From positions 75,390,370 through 75,450,860 of the forward strand of contig NC_068984.1 of the NCBI RefSeq assembly GCF_001194135.2: 60,491 bases of DNA, in the 5' to 3' direction. Below the pieces are notes generated by a model. It made no database searches and had not been told where the DNA came from. It saw only the letters and a program-made list of their open reading frames with translations. The position numbers and the translations under genes are program-made. This stretch comes from Octopus bimaculoides. Its lineage: Eukaryota. Shown here piece by piece: positions 36,213 through 50,322 of this stretch. Numbering within the stretch: the first letter of the stretch is position 1; the number at the start of each line of letters is the position of its first letter.

Positions 36213-37099
36213 TGCCAATATACAGCATCACTTCAATACGACAGGCACAAAATCACAGACTTGAAAATGCGTACATACATTCCAACACACTATTTTAGCT
36301 TTAATGAAGGTATTGATGTAGCTGAACTGAGTGAAAAGAAGAATAGCTGTTTTTAGCATAACGCAAGAGAAGTGTTCGGGGGAGAGGGTCATAGAGGTGT
36401 CTATCTGTGGGTGGTTTTTCATTTTGTAGCAAGGCCTTTGATGATTGTTATTCTTGTTGATGTTGTTGTTTGTGATGGTAGCGATGGGGAAATTCGCTGG
36501 GGTATTTTTTAGTTTCATGTCAACCCTGATCAAGCAGATCTGTGATCAAAGATATTCCAACCATAAACAATGAGGTATTTTGTTTCCAAGCACAATACCT
36601 GCCGGACAAAAATATATAAATACGTGGTTTGATAGATTTAACTACTATTTTTAGCAAGACATGCAATCATATATAGGCTCCCTCATTGGTCTATGTGAGA
36701 AATGTAGTTTGCTGAGGAAAAATGTTTTTGTTTTTGTTTTTTATATGTCCAGAAGATTTATTTTCCTTGTTTCATTTTGTTGAGTTGACAGTATGGATTT
36801 ATATTTGATAAATGTTTGCATAGGCAGGACTGATACGTGTATATAAGCTTTAATACATTGTGTGGTTGCTATTTTATTTGTTTTGAATCAATGCGATGCA
36901 TGAGAGTGCTCAAAGTGTCTGGGCAGCATTTTACTTTATTTACATGTACAGTAAATGTTGAGGAGGTGTTCCACAAATCCAACCTGTTTCCGTTTTATGA
37001 ATGTGGTATGTTTCTATTGATAAGAGCAGCCGCGTTCTTTGGTGCTGCTAATAAGAAGAAATAAGGGGAAGTGGTAGGTGTGTTTTGGCGGCAGTCTCT

Positions 37100-38700
37100 T
37101 TCTGTGGGGTCGCAATTCCGTATGAATAACAGAATTTTGCAGTTATCATGCTGATGTGACTGGGAATTGGTGAAAATATATGGATGCGATGGCGTCTTTC
37201 TGTAGCATTACACTCATATCCTATGTATGGCTTGTGTATGTTCGGTGAAAAATATGTAAATAGTACAAGTAAGTTAAACAGAGGGAATAAGGGGACGCAT
37301 CCTTGTAGGACACCATGAGGTAGGCTGCATGTTTTATATGTCTTCTTACTATGATTCTTGCTTAACCGAAAGTCATTGTACATAAGTCTTGATGCAGGCC
37401 ACAGGTTATTTGTCCTATATGTACCCTTATTCTGCCTTGTTGGACTATAATGATATGCGATACTTTATTTACTATTGTCGTAAATATTGCTGTTGCTCTT
37501 GTAGAGTTGGTGTTATTGTTCTAACAGTCTTTCTCTGCAAATTTTTATATTTGCATTTTCGACTTGGAGAAAGTGAATCGAATTGAGCAGCGAATTTACT
37601 GCTGCATCGTTCGCGTCAAACCAGTGTTTATATATATATATATCTTTTTCTTTTCTTGATGAACATAACTCAATCTGCTGAAGCTTGAAAGAAGTTTGCA
37701 TAAAGATCTCTCTAGTGATGGTAATAATGAACTGAAGAGCCAGAATTAGTGCTGCCAAGGCTTTTTGTCATCTTTTCCCTGAGAACTCGCGCTTGTTCTC
37801 CTTACATGCTCATGAGAAGAGAATGACCATAATCCATTACACGGCCTCCAAAACTGGCAGAGAAAGGTAACCTCATAATAGAGAACTATCACAAACGCTT
37901 GCGAATAGAGTGGACACCGCTAAAGGCACCCAAGATGCTCGGCTGACGTGTTAAGTCTACCACCCGTAAGTATTCTTCAGAGAACGGGCGTGCAATTACA
38001 AAGTCTAGCTTTTGTATTCGCTGCATTCGTTTAACTCATCGGTGCTAGTTGTATTTCCTTTTTAAACAAGAAAGAAAATTTGATTCTCAGAACACGACTA
38101 GAGAGAGACAAGTTCTTAGCCTTAGGAGAACATATAAGCTGATAACATGTCAATCACTTTTTTTTGATAGTGTTGATTTAGTGCCAAATTCCAGAGAGTG
38201 AATGTCTCTATATTGATTTGAAGCATTTTTTAGAAATGTGTTTGAAATGACTAGTTGTTTCTCGGTGCAATCAGTTACGAAGACGGGTATTGAAATTTTA
38301 TTTCTGTATGTAAAATCTCCGAGATAGAACAGTTTATCAGAATGTGATAAAGATGGAAATAGACAATCTAAGTGTTCGTAAAATTCCTCTTTTACCTCAT
38401 GGTCATGGCCGGAATGCACATGCTGATAGTAGTTATACATCCATCACATACCTTCAGGTACATTGTCATAAACCTGTTGTTAATTTTTGAGGAAGTTTGT
38501 CGAGAAGTTTTGTTTCTGCTGGGAATTGCCAATCCGACTCTTCATTCTGTTACAAACTCTTCCAATAGAGAGGTATTCCTTAATCATGTTTCGTAAAGGG
38601 CTACTATATCAATGTTGTGGCAAACGAGTTCTTTTACCAATAAATATATACATCACTTCAGATTATTCTATCTGAGTTCAGCGAGAAGTTTTCAGTGGAA
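37100..38700 (-). mobile_element. Degenerate LINE (probably RTE): apurinic endonuclease, linker and an RT piece
   Basis: HNIDIVALYET...RVGLAI...INNRFMT; EVKEEFYEHLD.L...SDKLFYLGDF...EKQLVISNTF (APE); KHWFDANDAAVNSLL (RTE linker); GVLQGCVPLFPLFNL (RT). The RT piece may belong to another element. Confidence 0.7.
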
Positions 38701-39290
38701 CGAATCTATTTCAAGAGACCTTTGCAGATCGCCTCCCTTTTCGAGGAAAGCAGTGCGCTCAGTATATTACAAAGCAGGATAAAAGACGTCTCACCAAAGT
38801 TACCTGAAAATTACTATCATATCCAAGCAGCCAACAGTATGATCCTGCAGTAGTACTTTTTAGAAAGATGAAAAATAAATAAATAAAAGGCATGTTGAAT
38901 TAAGAATACCGAGGTTGTGTAGAATCGATACATTTCTCTTTTTATATAAACATCGGTGACCGAAGATATACTAGTGTAACGTGCAGCGTGTGAGCACAAG
39001 TTTAACAACTAGCTGTGATTCAAAAATTACGAATTACTTGCGCAGTTGGCTGCAGCAGCAGTTGCACTTCATGGCTCCACCCATTTAACAGTCTGGGACT
39101 GACAGTAAGGCAGAACATGCATCCATCAGTAATTAGAATCAACTGGTAGCTTACGCATGCATCTTTTAGATAATGAGCAGTAACCAGCTCCCAAGTGAGG
39201 TGAATGTGACGTGCCGACCGCAAAGGCAGACACAGCATTCGTTCTACTGAGGCGATACCATTGCATCGGCATCAATCAAACTTACACACA

Positions 39291-39329
<39 letters not shown>

Positions 39330-40169
39330 GATGGACTCTCCCGCCGAAGACGACATATACATGTTCAGCATTTGCCGAATGACCTACACAAATAGTTTGT
39401 TTATAGTGATCAAATGTTTGTGGTGTACATTAGCTCACTACCTCCATCAAATCGACGTTGCCCGCACAGCTGCGCGGTGTACANNNNNNNNNNNNNNNNN
39501 NNNNNNNNNNNNNNNNNNNNNNNNNNNNNNNNNNNNNNNNNNNNNNNNNNNNNNNNNNNNNNNNNNNNNNNNNNNNNNNNNNNNNNNNNNNNNNNNNNNN
39601 NNNNNNNNNNNNNNNNNNNNNNNNNNNNNNNNNNNNNNNNNNNNNNNNNNNNNNNNNNNNNNNNNNNNNNNNNNNNNNNNNNNNNNNNNNNNNNNNNNNN
39701 NNNNNNNNNNNNNNNNNNNNNNNNNNNNNNNNNNNNNNNNNNNNNNNNNNNNNNNNNNNNNNNNNNNNNNNNNNNNNNNNNNNNNNNNNNNNNNNNNNNN
39801 NNNNNNNNNNNNNNNNNNNNNNNNNNNNNNNNNNNNNNNNNNNNNNNNNNNNNNNNNNNNNNNNNNNNNNNNNNNNNNNNNNNNNNNNNNNNNNNNNNNN
39901 NNNNNNNNNNNNNNNNNNNNNNNNNNNNNNNNNNNNNNNNNNNNNNNNNNNNNNNNNNNNNNNNNNNNNNNNNNNNNNNNNNNNNNNNNNNNNNNNNNNN
40001 NNNNNNNNNNNNNNNNNNNNNNNNNNNNNNNNNNNNNNNNNNNNNNNNNNNNNNNNNNNNNNNNNNNNNNNACATGCACATACACACACATACACACATC
40101 GTCCGTCTTTACTTCTGAGTACAAATTCTGCTGAGGTCGATTCATCTTTCCGGGGGCTTCTTGCACTCA

Positions 40170-41500
40170 AACACAACACTTTCTAGACCTTCCGCCTAAC
40201 CCTCAACCTGACACTTCCACACTACTTCGTCTGCCCGAACTTGTTCTCTTCCTCAAATGCTTCTCGTTCACGGGCGATTTTTACGAACATGTTCTCAGAA
40301 GTGACCTTGGGAACGAGAATGAACCCCAACTATGCGAACCTGTTCGTTGGCTACGTTGAAGCCCAAATATTCTCACGATTCACTGGTCCCACTCCCGAAC
40401 TATACGGTCGTTATATCGATGATTGTATTGGTGCAACCTGACACTCCTGCGAATAACTAGACTCCTTCCTCTCTTTTTTCTAATCTTTTCCTCCAGCCTT
40501 CGAATTCTCCTGCACTATCTCTAACTCTTCCGTCGCATTTCTCGACATTTCTGTCAGCATACACCACTCCGCTCTCATTACCCCCATCCACTATAAACAC
40601 ACTGACTCACATTCCTACCTCGACTTCTCCCACCCTACCCACACCAAGCTCTCCATCCCCTACTCCCAATTCCTCCGCCTGCGCAGGCTCTGCAGTGACA
40701 ACCATGACCTCGAGTCTCAGTCTCAATTCATGGCTCTCCACTTCCTCCTACGTGGATATCTCCGCACCACTATCCACACTGCCCTTGTCCAGGCCCGATC
40801 TGTGGACCGTGCCACTGCTCTTTCTCCGCGCATCCGCCCCACTGTTGCCCGTCTCCCCTCACCTACCACCCTCCCCCCTGCCCCACCAACACACCATTCT
40901 TCGACCTTTCCGGCGACTCAAGTCCAGCTCCTCTACGGCGCACATCTTCCCAACCTACCCCTTCCCTCCTTCAAACGAGCCCATAACATGCGTGACCTCC
41001 TGGTCCGCAGTTTCTTCCCTAACTCCACCTCCCAGCCTGGCTCGTTCCCTTGCTCCCACCCACGCTATCGCACCTTCCCCTACCTCTCCACCACCACCAT
41101 CCTCACAGGCACCCATCATCGTCCTTATTACATCACCGACTCCTTTACCTGCACTTCTAGCAATGTCATTTACTGCATCTCCTGCTCTCTCTCTCTCTCT
41201 CTCTCTCTCTGTCCTTCCCAGTACATCGGACACACGGGACGCCGCTTGGCTGATCGATTCACGGAGAAGCTCCGAGGCATCAGACGCGGCACTGACACCC
41301 GGTCTCGGGCTGTTTTTGCTCTACCGGTCATTCGTTGTAACATCTGTCTGTGTTCGGACTGTCTTTGCTAAGGGGCCACCTGGACTCCCGCCTTCACCGC
41401 GAACAGAGATTAATTTTCTCTCTTTGCTCTTTTGCGCCACATAGGCTCAACTTACTTCCTCCCTTTATGTGACACCAACCTCACCTCCTCTCTTCATTTG
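40170..41500 (+). mobile_element. PLE-A, largest copy: RT (YIDD), thumb and GIY-YIG, with frameshifts
   Basis: LGTRMNPNYANLFVGYVE...GRYIDDCIG; VAFLDISVS...HYKHTDSHSYL...SIPYSQFLRLRRLCS; NVIYCISC(SL)4CPSQYIGHTGRRLADRF; EQRLIFSL...PHRLN. Confidence 0.92.
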
Positions 41501-42013
41501 ATACCAACTTCACACCACTCCACACACACTAGCACTGACCACTTCCCAGCACCCACACCGCATAACATCATCCACACACACCCCACACAGTTTTCAATAG
41601 CATTACCACACATAGCACTATATGAACAGCCACACCCACACAAGCGCATAATTCCTGAACACAGACAATACATACATACACACGCAACATACATAGACAA
41701 AGATAACTTTCGCTCACATATACCATACACATGCACACTGTTTGGTCACAGACACAAACACACACATACACACACACACATACACACACAAACATACACA
41801 CACACACACGTTACACACGCGTACACTCACACGTCAGAGTCACTCGCCTCTATTCACACATACACACTTATACACTCACACTCACCATTCGCACATACAC
41901 ACACACACACGCACACCTCTTCTTGGAATCACTAGCACTATTATTAACTCCCTTCCTTTCAACCTCTTTTTTCCAATCGTTCGCCATGTTGGACTACTAA
42001 ATTCTACATGTGT

Positions 42014-42064
<51 letters not shown>

Positions 42065-43111
42065 NNNNNNNNNNNNNNNNNNNNNNNNNNNNNNNNNNNN
42101 NNNNNNNNNNNNNNNNNNNNNNNNNNNNNNNNNNNNNNNNNNNNNNNNNNNNNNNNNNNNNNNNNNNNNNNNNNNNNNNNNNNNNNNNNNNNNNNNNNNN
42201 NNNNNNNNNNNNNNNNNNNNNNNNNNNNNNNNNNNNNNNNNNNNNNNNNNNNNNNNNNNNNNNNNNNNNNNNNNNNNNNNNNNNNNNNNNNNNNNNNNNN
42301 NNNNNNNNNNNNNNNNNNNNNNNNNNNNNNNNNNNNNNNNNNNNNNNNNNNNNNNNNNNNNNNNNNNNNNNNNNNNNNNNNNNNNNNNNNNNNNNNNNNN
42401 NNNNNNNNNNNNNNNNNNNNNNNNNNNNNNNNNNNNNNNNNNNNNNNNNNNNNNNNNNNNNNNNNNNNNNNNNNNNNNNNNNNNNNNNNNNNNNNNNNNN
42501 NNNNNNNNNNNNNNNNNNNNNNNNNNNNNNNNNNNNNNNNNNNNNNNNNNNNNNNNNNNNNNNNNNNNNNNNNNNNNNNNNNNNNNNNNNNNNNNNNNNN
42601 NNNNNNNNNNNNNNNNNNNNNNNNNNNNNNNNNNNNNNNNNNNNNNNNNNNNNNNNNNNNNNNNNNNNNNNNNNNNNNNNNNNNNNNNNNNNNNNNNNNN
42701 NNNNNNNNNNNNNNNNNNNNNNNNNNNNNNNNNNNNNNNNNNNNNNNNNNNNNNNNNNNNNNNNNNNNNNNNNNNNNNNNNNNNNNNNNNNNNNNNNNNN
42801 NNNNNNNNNNNNNNNNNNNNNNNNNNNNNNNNNNNNNNNNNNNNNNNNNNNNNNNNNNNNNNNNNNNNNNNNNNNNNNNNNNNNNNNNNNNNNNNNNNNN
42901 NNNNNNNNNNNNNNNNNNNNNNNNNNNNNNNNNNNNNNNNNNNNNNNNNNNNNNNNNNNNNNNNNNNNNNNNNNNNNNNNNNNNNNNNNNNNNNNNNNNN
43001 NNNNNNNNNNNNNNNNNNNNNNNNNNNNNNNNNNNNNNNNNNNNNNTATATATATATATATATACATATATACATACATACATACATACATACACTCATA
43101 CATTTCATCAT

Positions 43112-43952
43112 CATCCTTATTACCATCATGAAGATCTCTTACCTGATGAAGACACTCGTTGGAGTTCCAATGTTCATTGCCAGTTGTTGTCACTGGTTTC
43201 TGTTCTCTACCATGCGTAGCAGGTTTGCCGCGTTGTGGCCTGTCCAGTCCTTGATATTGTCAAACCACAATTTTCGCGTCCCCGTCCCTCAACTGTGCCT
43301 AACAGAATGGTTTTAGGCAAGGAGTTGTGACGGGATACATAACTGTGCCAGGAAAGCTTCTGTCTTTTTACTTGCACAACGAGAGTATTTGTTGAATTTA
43401 CTGTCTGACAAAGCCGTTCGTTTTATGGTCTGTATACGGGAATCGTATAAGCTTTCTGAAGCACCAGTGTTCAAATGCCTGGATACCTCGCGCCATGTCA
43501 GATGTAAGAGCCCAGCTTTCACACCTATACAGAAGGATTGAAGACCGCTGCGTCTTGTACTCTCTGAGTATTGTTGGAAAACTAATGGAATTACTTTATC
43601 ATATGTTGTTCAGCTTCATGGATCTTAGGTACTCGAAGGTGTCCCCTTCAACTCTTTCTTCGTTTAGGATAGACTTGGTTGCTGTTTTAGTTGTTACTAT
43701 TAACCAAGATCTTGCTCTTTTCTTGGCTGATCTCCATCTCGCATGATACTGATATTTTTCCCAGTCTAGTGGTGAGCTCCTGAAGTTCTGCTATACTGCT
43801 TCCTAACAAGTCAATATCGTCAGTAAAGTAGAGGTTGAAAATGAGCCGTCCTCCAATGGAAACAGGGGTGGAGGTCTTCAAGTGTTTCCTACATGATGGT
43901 TTCCAGGAAGATGTTGAAAAACACTGGAGGGAGAATACATCCTTGTCGAGCA
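43112..43952 (-). mobile_element. RTE-clade LINE RT and 3' end
   Basis: RQGCILPPVFFNIFLE; IGGRLIFNLYFTDDIDLLGSS.AELQELTTRL; ILLYRCESWAL..D....IQAFE; KRQKLSW...SRHNSLPKTILLGTVEG; (GAT)n-like tail. Confidence 0.85.
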
Positions 43953-44184
43953 GCGGGGTAACAGTGTCAAATACTCTTCTTCACAAAAAGCCACTAACAT
44001 AAGATAGCCGTCGAAATAACATAAGAAAATAACGTGAGAAAATAGCCATCAAAAAGGTGATTACACTGGCAGTGCTACAAAATGGCTAAAGCTTTTGGGC
44101 TGAAGCATATAAAATATATATACTTTCTTCGTGATTTGAGTTCCATGCGAAGGCGTGAAACATACATAATTATAATTCGTATGC

Positions 44185-44239
<55 letters not shown>

Positions 44240-44558
44240 GGATGAGGACACAAGGGCAGTACGTTTTAAAGTATACACTGTGTATATAAATAGCAGATTC
44301 ATCATGTTTGGTGCTAAAGTATTTCTAAATTTAATTACGGAACGGAAAATGGTTTCCATTTCTAATATTTAAAAAAGCNNNNNNNNNNNNNNNNNNNNNN
44401 NNNNNNNNNNNNNNNNNNNNNNNNNNNNNNNNNNNNNNNNNNNNNNNNNNNNNNNNNNNNNNNNNNNNNNNNNNNNNNNNNNNNNNNNNNNNNNNNNNNN
44501 NNNNNNNNNNNNNNNNNNNNNNNNNNNNNNNNNNNNNNNNNNNNNNNNNNNNNNNNNN

Positions 44559-44606
<48 letters not shown>

Positions 44607-45045
44607 GTGCATGCATACGTGTGTATGCATATATGCACGTGTGTGCATATATTTGCGTTTGTGTGTTGTTCTTTAAATAATAACAGTCTTTCCCCAGAGC
44701 TGACATTCGTGTATTTTTGGCCCAGGTGAACACCGGGAGCTTTTCATTGCACCACTTAATCATAGAGCAATATACTCGTATACTTACATACATGCATTCA
44801 TATGTGTGTGTGTGCGTGTGTGTGTGTGTGTACGTAATGAGTGTGTGTATTGTATATATATATATATGTATATATGTATGTATAATATAATGATAATAAT
44901 AATAATAATAATAATAATAATATGCGTGTGTGTGTAACCGCACACAGACACACAGACAAGACAGTCATACATCTGAGGGCGAATGTATTTATTTGTAGTA
45001 GTATTTTGTTTTGCATATCAGTAAGAGTATGCGTGCGCATATTCA

Positions 45046-45082
<37 letters not shown>

Positions 45083-45580
45083 GTGTGTGTGCGTGTGTGT
45101 GTGCGTGTGTGTGTTTGTGTGTGTGTGTGCATGTGTGAAAACGCGTTCATATTTAAACGAGAGAGATAGAAATGGAAGAAGACATCAAATTATTATTGAG
45201 ATAAAATTCTCCGTCTAACGTGAACCAATAAAAATATCAATAAATAAATATATAAACAAATTCCAAACACATTACTTGAAATTTATGTAAAAATGAAATT
45301 CTTATCAATTAGGAGAAAGATGTTATTTTTTGAAATAGCTTTTGTTTGTTTTTCTTTTTTTTTTAAATATGCCCATATTTTCAATATTTCATATAGATAC
45401 CGATATCTATGTAATTTGAGGGTGGAGAGTGGTTTAGCAGTTAGAGTGCCAAGCTCAATGCTTTGCTGCAGTTCGGCATTTACGCTGATGCCTGTACTTC
45501 ACTGAGGAGGTCTAATAAGGCGGAAACATGCTCGGAGCTATCACTCGCGTTAGCTAAGACGATGAATATTCCACTAGCGT

Positions 45581-45796
45581 AAGGCGGCGAGTTAGCAGAA
45601 ACGTTAGCATGCCGGGAAAAATGCTTAGCAGATTTTCGTCCGTCTTTACGCTCTGAGTTGAAATGCTGCCGAGGTCGACTTTGCCTTTAATTCGTTCGGG
45701 GTCAATAAAAAAAGTACCAGTTGAGTAACTTATTTGTTTGTAACCGACTTACCTCCACTCCCGAAATTACAGGCCTTGTGCCAAAATTTGAAACCA
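45581..45796 (+). mobile_element. SINE family A, full length
   Basis: aaggcggcgagttagcagaaacgttagcatgccggg...ccgaggtcgactttgccttt...ccttgtgccaaaatttgaaacca. Confidence 0.9.
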
Positions 45797-46140
45797 TTAT
45801 ACTACTAGCGAAATCCTGGGAAATTCAACGTTTTTATAAATGTTTGTGTATTTATTTTGTTGCCTAAATTTACATATCTTCAAACTTTAGCTTCCATGTT
45901 AAAAATTTCGGTTATGTTTTTCATTTTGCTCTGTGATGAAGGGTCTAAGCGTAACATTAGAACTTATGGTTATGTTGATAAGTTATGGCTGGTAACTGAC
46001 AGAGTCATTAGAGCGTCGGAAAAGTACTCTTCTATGTTTGTTCCGACTCTTTACGTTCTGGGTTCAAATACAGGAGTAGCAATTAAATACTGCAAAGCAC
46101 TTTGACCAAGGTTCTAATGACTCTCCTTTTTTTTTTTTTT

Positions 46141-46720
46141 GGAGGACAAAAAGCTCTGAAGCGGCTTTCTGCACCACACAAGTGGCACCCTCCACCGAAG
46201 ACAGTGCCGCTACCCACCAGAGTAACACAGGTGAAACTCTATCTTAAAATGACAGGCCCTTCTCCTTAAAAATATGTTGGGTACACGGTGAGTTCCCTGT
46301 CGCATATGGGAGCAATGGAATGCTTCAGTGTGAGGGCTTCGCTCTTCAGATGGACATCCAGGCTCCCAAACTGGCTTACCCTAGTCACTTGATATATATT
46401 TGTTCATATTTCTTTGAGGGCATTTTCAGACTGGGCATGTGTCGCTGCTTCTAGGTGTGGAGTTTTTGCCGACACGTAGCGAAACACTGCCCATCATCCG
46501 GGCTGTTGCTGCGAAGATATCGATTTCGATGATACCTTGCGCTCTCCTCCCATTCTATGCTCAAGCGGGTTCACCTTTGTCAGACGTGCCACCTTGTAGT
46601 TCAGAGAGAGTGAGAAGTATTGTGCTGATTTCATCGTCATCTCATCAACAGATTGCCTGCCGATGGAGTCGCCCCCGCTACTTTGTCGTCTTTGATAATT
46701 AGTATTGCCGCTACCACAAT
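46141..46720 (-). mobile_element. Possible LINE ORF1/gag-like remnant with a degenerate CCHC zinc knuckle
   Basis: 46146-46187 minus reads CHLCGAESRFRAFC (CX2CX4[H>R]X4C; a single cac>cgc change). The flanking sequence is GC-richer with partly open frames. No further diagnostic motif was recognised. Confidence 0.35.
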
Positions 46721-46934
46721 TCCAAACAGACGAAAGTAAATAAATAATACAACTGTGCCTTTTAGGGAACAATGTCGAAGCCCCCACATTTTCACCCGCT
46801 GAAGTTTTGGTCCTTATTTAAAGTTTTAACAAAAATTTACAGTAGTAAACAAATTGTTTTCAACAAAATCCAACAAACTTTTGGGAGACGCTACGACGTA
46901 CACTCAACACAAACAAAAATGATAATAATAGAGA

Positions 46935-47144
46935 TTTCAAATTTTGGCAGAAGGCCAGCAGTTTCGAAGGAGGGGTTAAGTTGATTACATTGACCCCAGT
47001 TTTCGACCGTTGCTTATTTTATCGACCTCTACCTCCAGAGTATGAAAGGTGAAGTCGGCCCCGGCGGCATTTGGACACAAAACAGGAAGAAATGCCGCTA
47101 AGCCTTTTGTCCGGCGTGCTAACAATTCTGCCAGCTCGCCACCT
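46935..47144 (-). mobile_element. SINE family A, full length
   Basis: Family motifs on the minus strand. Confidence 0.88.
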
Positions 47145-48627
47145 TATAAACGATAATAATAATAAAAGTATTATTAACATAGGCAAAATTCTATAAGATT
47201 TGAGTATAGAACAGCCATTTAAATCTACCCAGTATTAAACTGGTATTTATCTAATTGACACTTGAAAAATGATAAAGTTGGCTCTAGCAAGATTGAACGC
47301 GTGCCGTATGAGTGTACAGCTGTTTGAGTTGCTAAAAATCAATGGTATTGAAAAATATTGGATAAAAAGAAGTTGTTGGACTAGCAGATACATCAGTTGA
47401 ACTGAAAAAGTATAGTTTATATGCAGCTTGCAAATTGGGGAAAGAAAAATCTGCTTTATCAACGATATAATTCAAAAGAGGGACAGCTTGTCTATAAGCC
47501 AGTGTTTGCAGAGTATTAATAATCTAATCTTTGTTAATCAGCTGCACGGGGCGTTTTTTGTATTATTTATTTATTATTTCTTTTAGCATGTTTTCGATGC
47601 ATTCAACAGTTTGCGTATGTAGTGAAAGTGTTGTCTAGATATGCAAGACATAACTTGAGTCCAATGTGTGTTATACATGAGCTTTGTATATATCCATTTC
47701 AGGATATTGTATCATGCTGTGATTCTTTCAATCAAAATGTATTTTTTATCAAATTGACAGGCAAATTGCGTTGGTGTCTCAATGGTTTCTCTAGGCAGTC
47801 ATGAAGCCTAAGATTATTAGTATGTATGAAAATGGGGAGTAATATAAAGACGGTGGGCATTGTGCAATTCATGTTTCTGCAACAAAATTAGCTTGCTACA
47901 ACGGAGTAGTTTGAAACCGGATGTCTGATTCATTACACTCGTACTTAATGCAGCTTGCTTTTGTCTTTCAAACCGCATGTTGCTGTCGTCATCGTCGTCA
48001 TTGTCGTAGATGCCGTCATCCTCGTTGTTGCCGTTTTTGTTTATTCGTTTCCTGTTGTATATTTTTCAGTTACACTGATCTTCTTCGAAATATAATTACA
48101 CCAGAACGACTTCCCCTTACCTACATCAGCCCAGCTATAAACAGTTGAGAAATCTTTCACATCGTCGATCAACCTGGACGAAGGGATAGTCATGACTGGA
48201 ATGTCTTTGATTATTGATCAATCCAATCAAGACTGATCTACTCTAAACAACAACAGTAACAACCAAAGTAGTGCTTGCAAACTTACAAAACACTCGCTAA
48301 TTCTATTGTAGTCTCCCTCTCCACTCCATCCCGTAATACAGTGTGCTGTAATATACCTAACAGCCATCGTATCTACTTACAGCGGAGATGGACTGAGCGG
48401 TGGATAACTAAGTTGTAGAGAGGCAACACAGCACAGCACCGTACCGGTGACCTTTTAGCTAGTATAGTAGCAGAACGATAAAAACACGGCCGGCTGCAGC
48501 TCTGTCTAGCCAGTAGCCAGATGTTGACCTACACCTACACTGTGCTGAAAAGCTGAAACTAGTCTGGGGAATGTTCATTTCAGACATAAGGAGACCATAA
48601 GTCGATTTATCTCCGCAAGAGCAGAGT

Positions 48628-48710
<83 letters not shown>

Positions 48711-50146
48711 GTATACATACACACACATATAGTGTGTGTGTGCGCGCGCTTCATATTCTTCGTTCCTTAAATGTCGAAATAGAGATCAAACAATTGAAAT
48801 ACGCAACAACGAAGAACTCGACCAGAAATCCAAATAAACAGTGAGTCACAAACTACAAGTATGCATCAAGCACTGTCTACTATCAAGTGAAGGAGGGCAT
48901 AGATTGCTGAATCTATATCGGAATCAGATATTGGAAAACTAAGCGAAATTTAAGTACGTTCGCGTCTTATGACTGATATTTGTTTTGTGACCGTAGTGAA
49001 GACAATTTTATTATCAATGACCGAGCTAAAAATCTACATTACTGATAGCACAAGAAGCAATGTAAATTGACGAGTGTAATGTTGGCTTTGCAGTGACAAG
49101 TTCAAGTTTCTTTTTAGGACATAAGGCAAGGTAAGTTCACGTGGGTTTTATAGGCCTCTGAGACCGGTAAAATTGATGTAGTTAACATCATGCTTAAGCA
49201 GTTTATAAATCGGGACAAGAAAAAAAAAAAAACAATCATGAGTAGGGACAACTGGAAAGGAACTGACTGAACGTAATGGTTAGGTGAGTGCAGAGCCTTG
49301 ACAGTTCGGATACAGCATCAGCAATGAGAGATGGAGAGATGAATGAGCTGAGAGTGTGTGAATAGAGATAGGACGAGACTAGCTAGCCACAAGGATCAAC
49401 AGAGAGATGACATAGCATGTCAGTGGGTCAGTCGCGGGAGTGTGTCGTTAGAATGTCATGTCGTCAAGAGGGAAAATTAGAAAAGTGCCTACTTCCAATG
49501 AATCTTTCATTTGTTTTTCTTAATTCCCTTCGTAAAAAGTCAGATATCCGATGTTACTTACCTTGCACACATTTCAGGTATTTAGTACAGCTTCAGAATA
49601 AAGACCTCTCACCCTGTCATTTGCATAGCAATGCATTGATTGGTAACTAACACGACAAAATCAACTCACCTGTTTCGATTCCTAGTTAGTCTTTATTTAA
49701 TTTTCCTTGCATCGTTAATTGTGCTGGAGAATGCATAAATATCACAAATGATCCTTTTCGGACGTAATAAGTTACTTACTAACAGGTAATGGTTCACTTT
49801 CAGTCTAAGATGACTATGTCACTCTACATTGATATTTAAATAATGTAATTCTAGATAATATAGCCCTTATAAAGACGGGATGAGGACAGCTGGATTGCCT
49901 TTCATCACAGGTCATATGAACGCAAAGCCTTTTACTCTGCCGTCAAAGGAACCTACCTGCCAAAATTTGAAAGAAAAGAATATGATATCTTGACATGCTA
50001 GAAGTAATTAAATCTGCTCAATCGAGATTTTCCAGGACTTAAGCAGATCTAACAGCAGCTGCTAGTATACTGTTTTCGATTCTAGTTATAATTCTTCCAT
50101 TTGACCTTTAGAGAAAGTTTAAAATGGTCATTTATTACATTTACTA

Positions 50147-50322
50147 AAGTGGCAAGCTGGTTGAATTATTAGAGTGTTGGGAAAAATGCTTTGCAGTATT
50201 TCTTCCGATTCTTTACATTCTGAGTTCAAATACCGCCGATCGATAAAATAAGTACCCATCAAGCACTGGTTCGATTTACCCCATCTCCATAACATTGCTG
50301 GTCTTGTGCTAAAATTTGAAAG
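50147..50322 (+). mobile_element. SINE family A with internal deletion
   Basis: gagttcaaataccgccga is joined directly to tcgataaaataagtacc. Confidence 0.8.
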
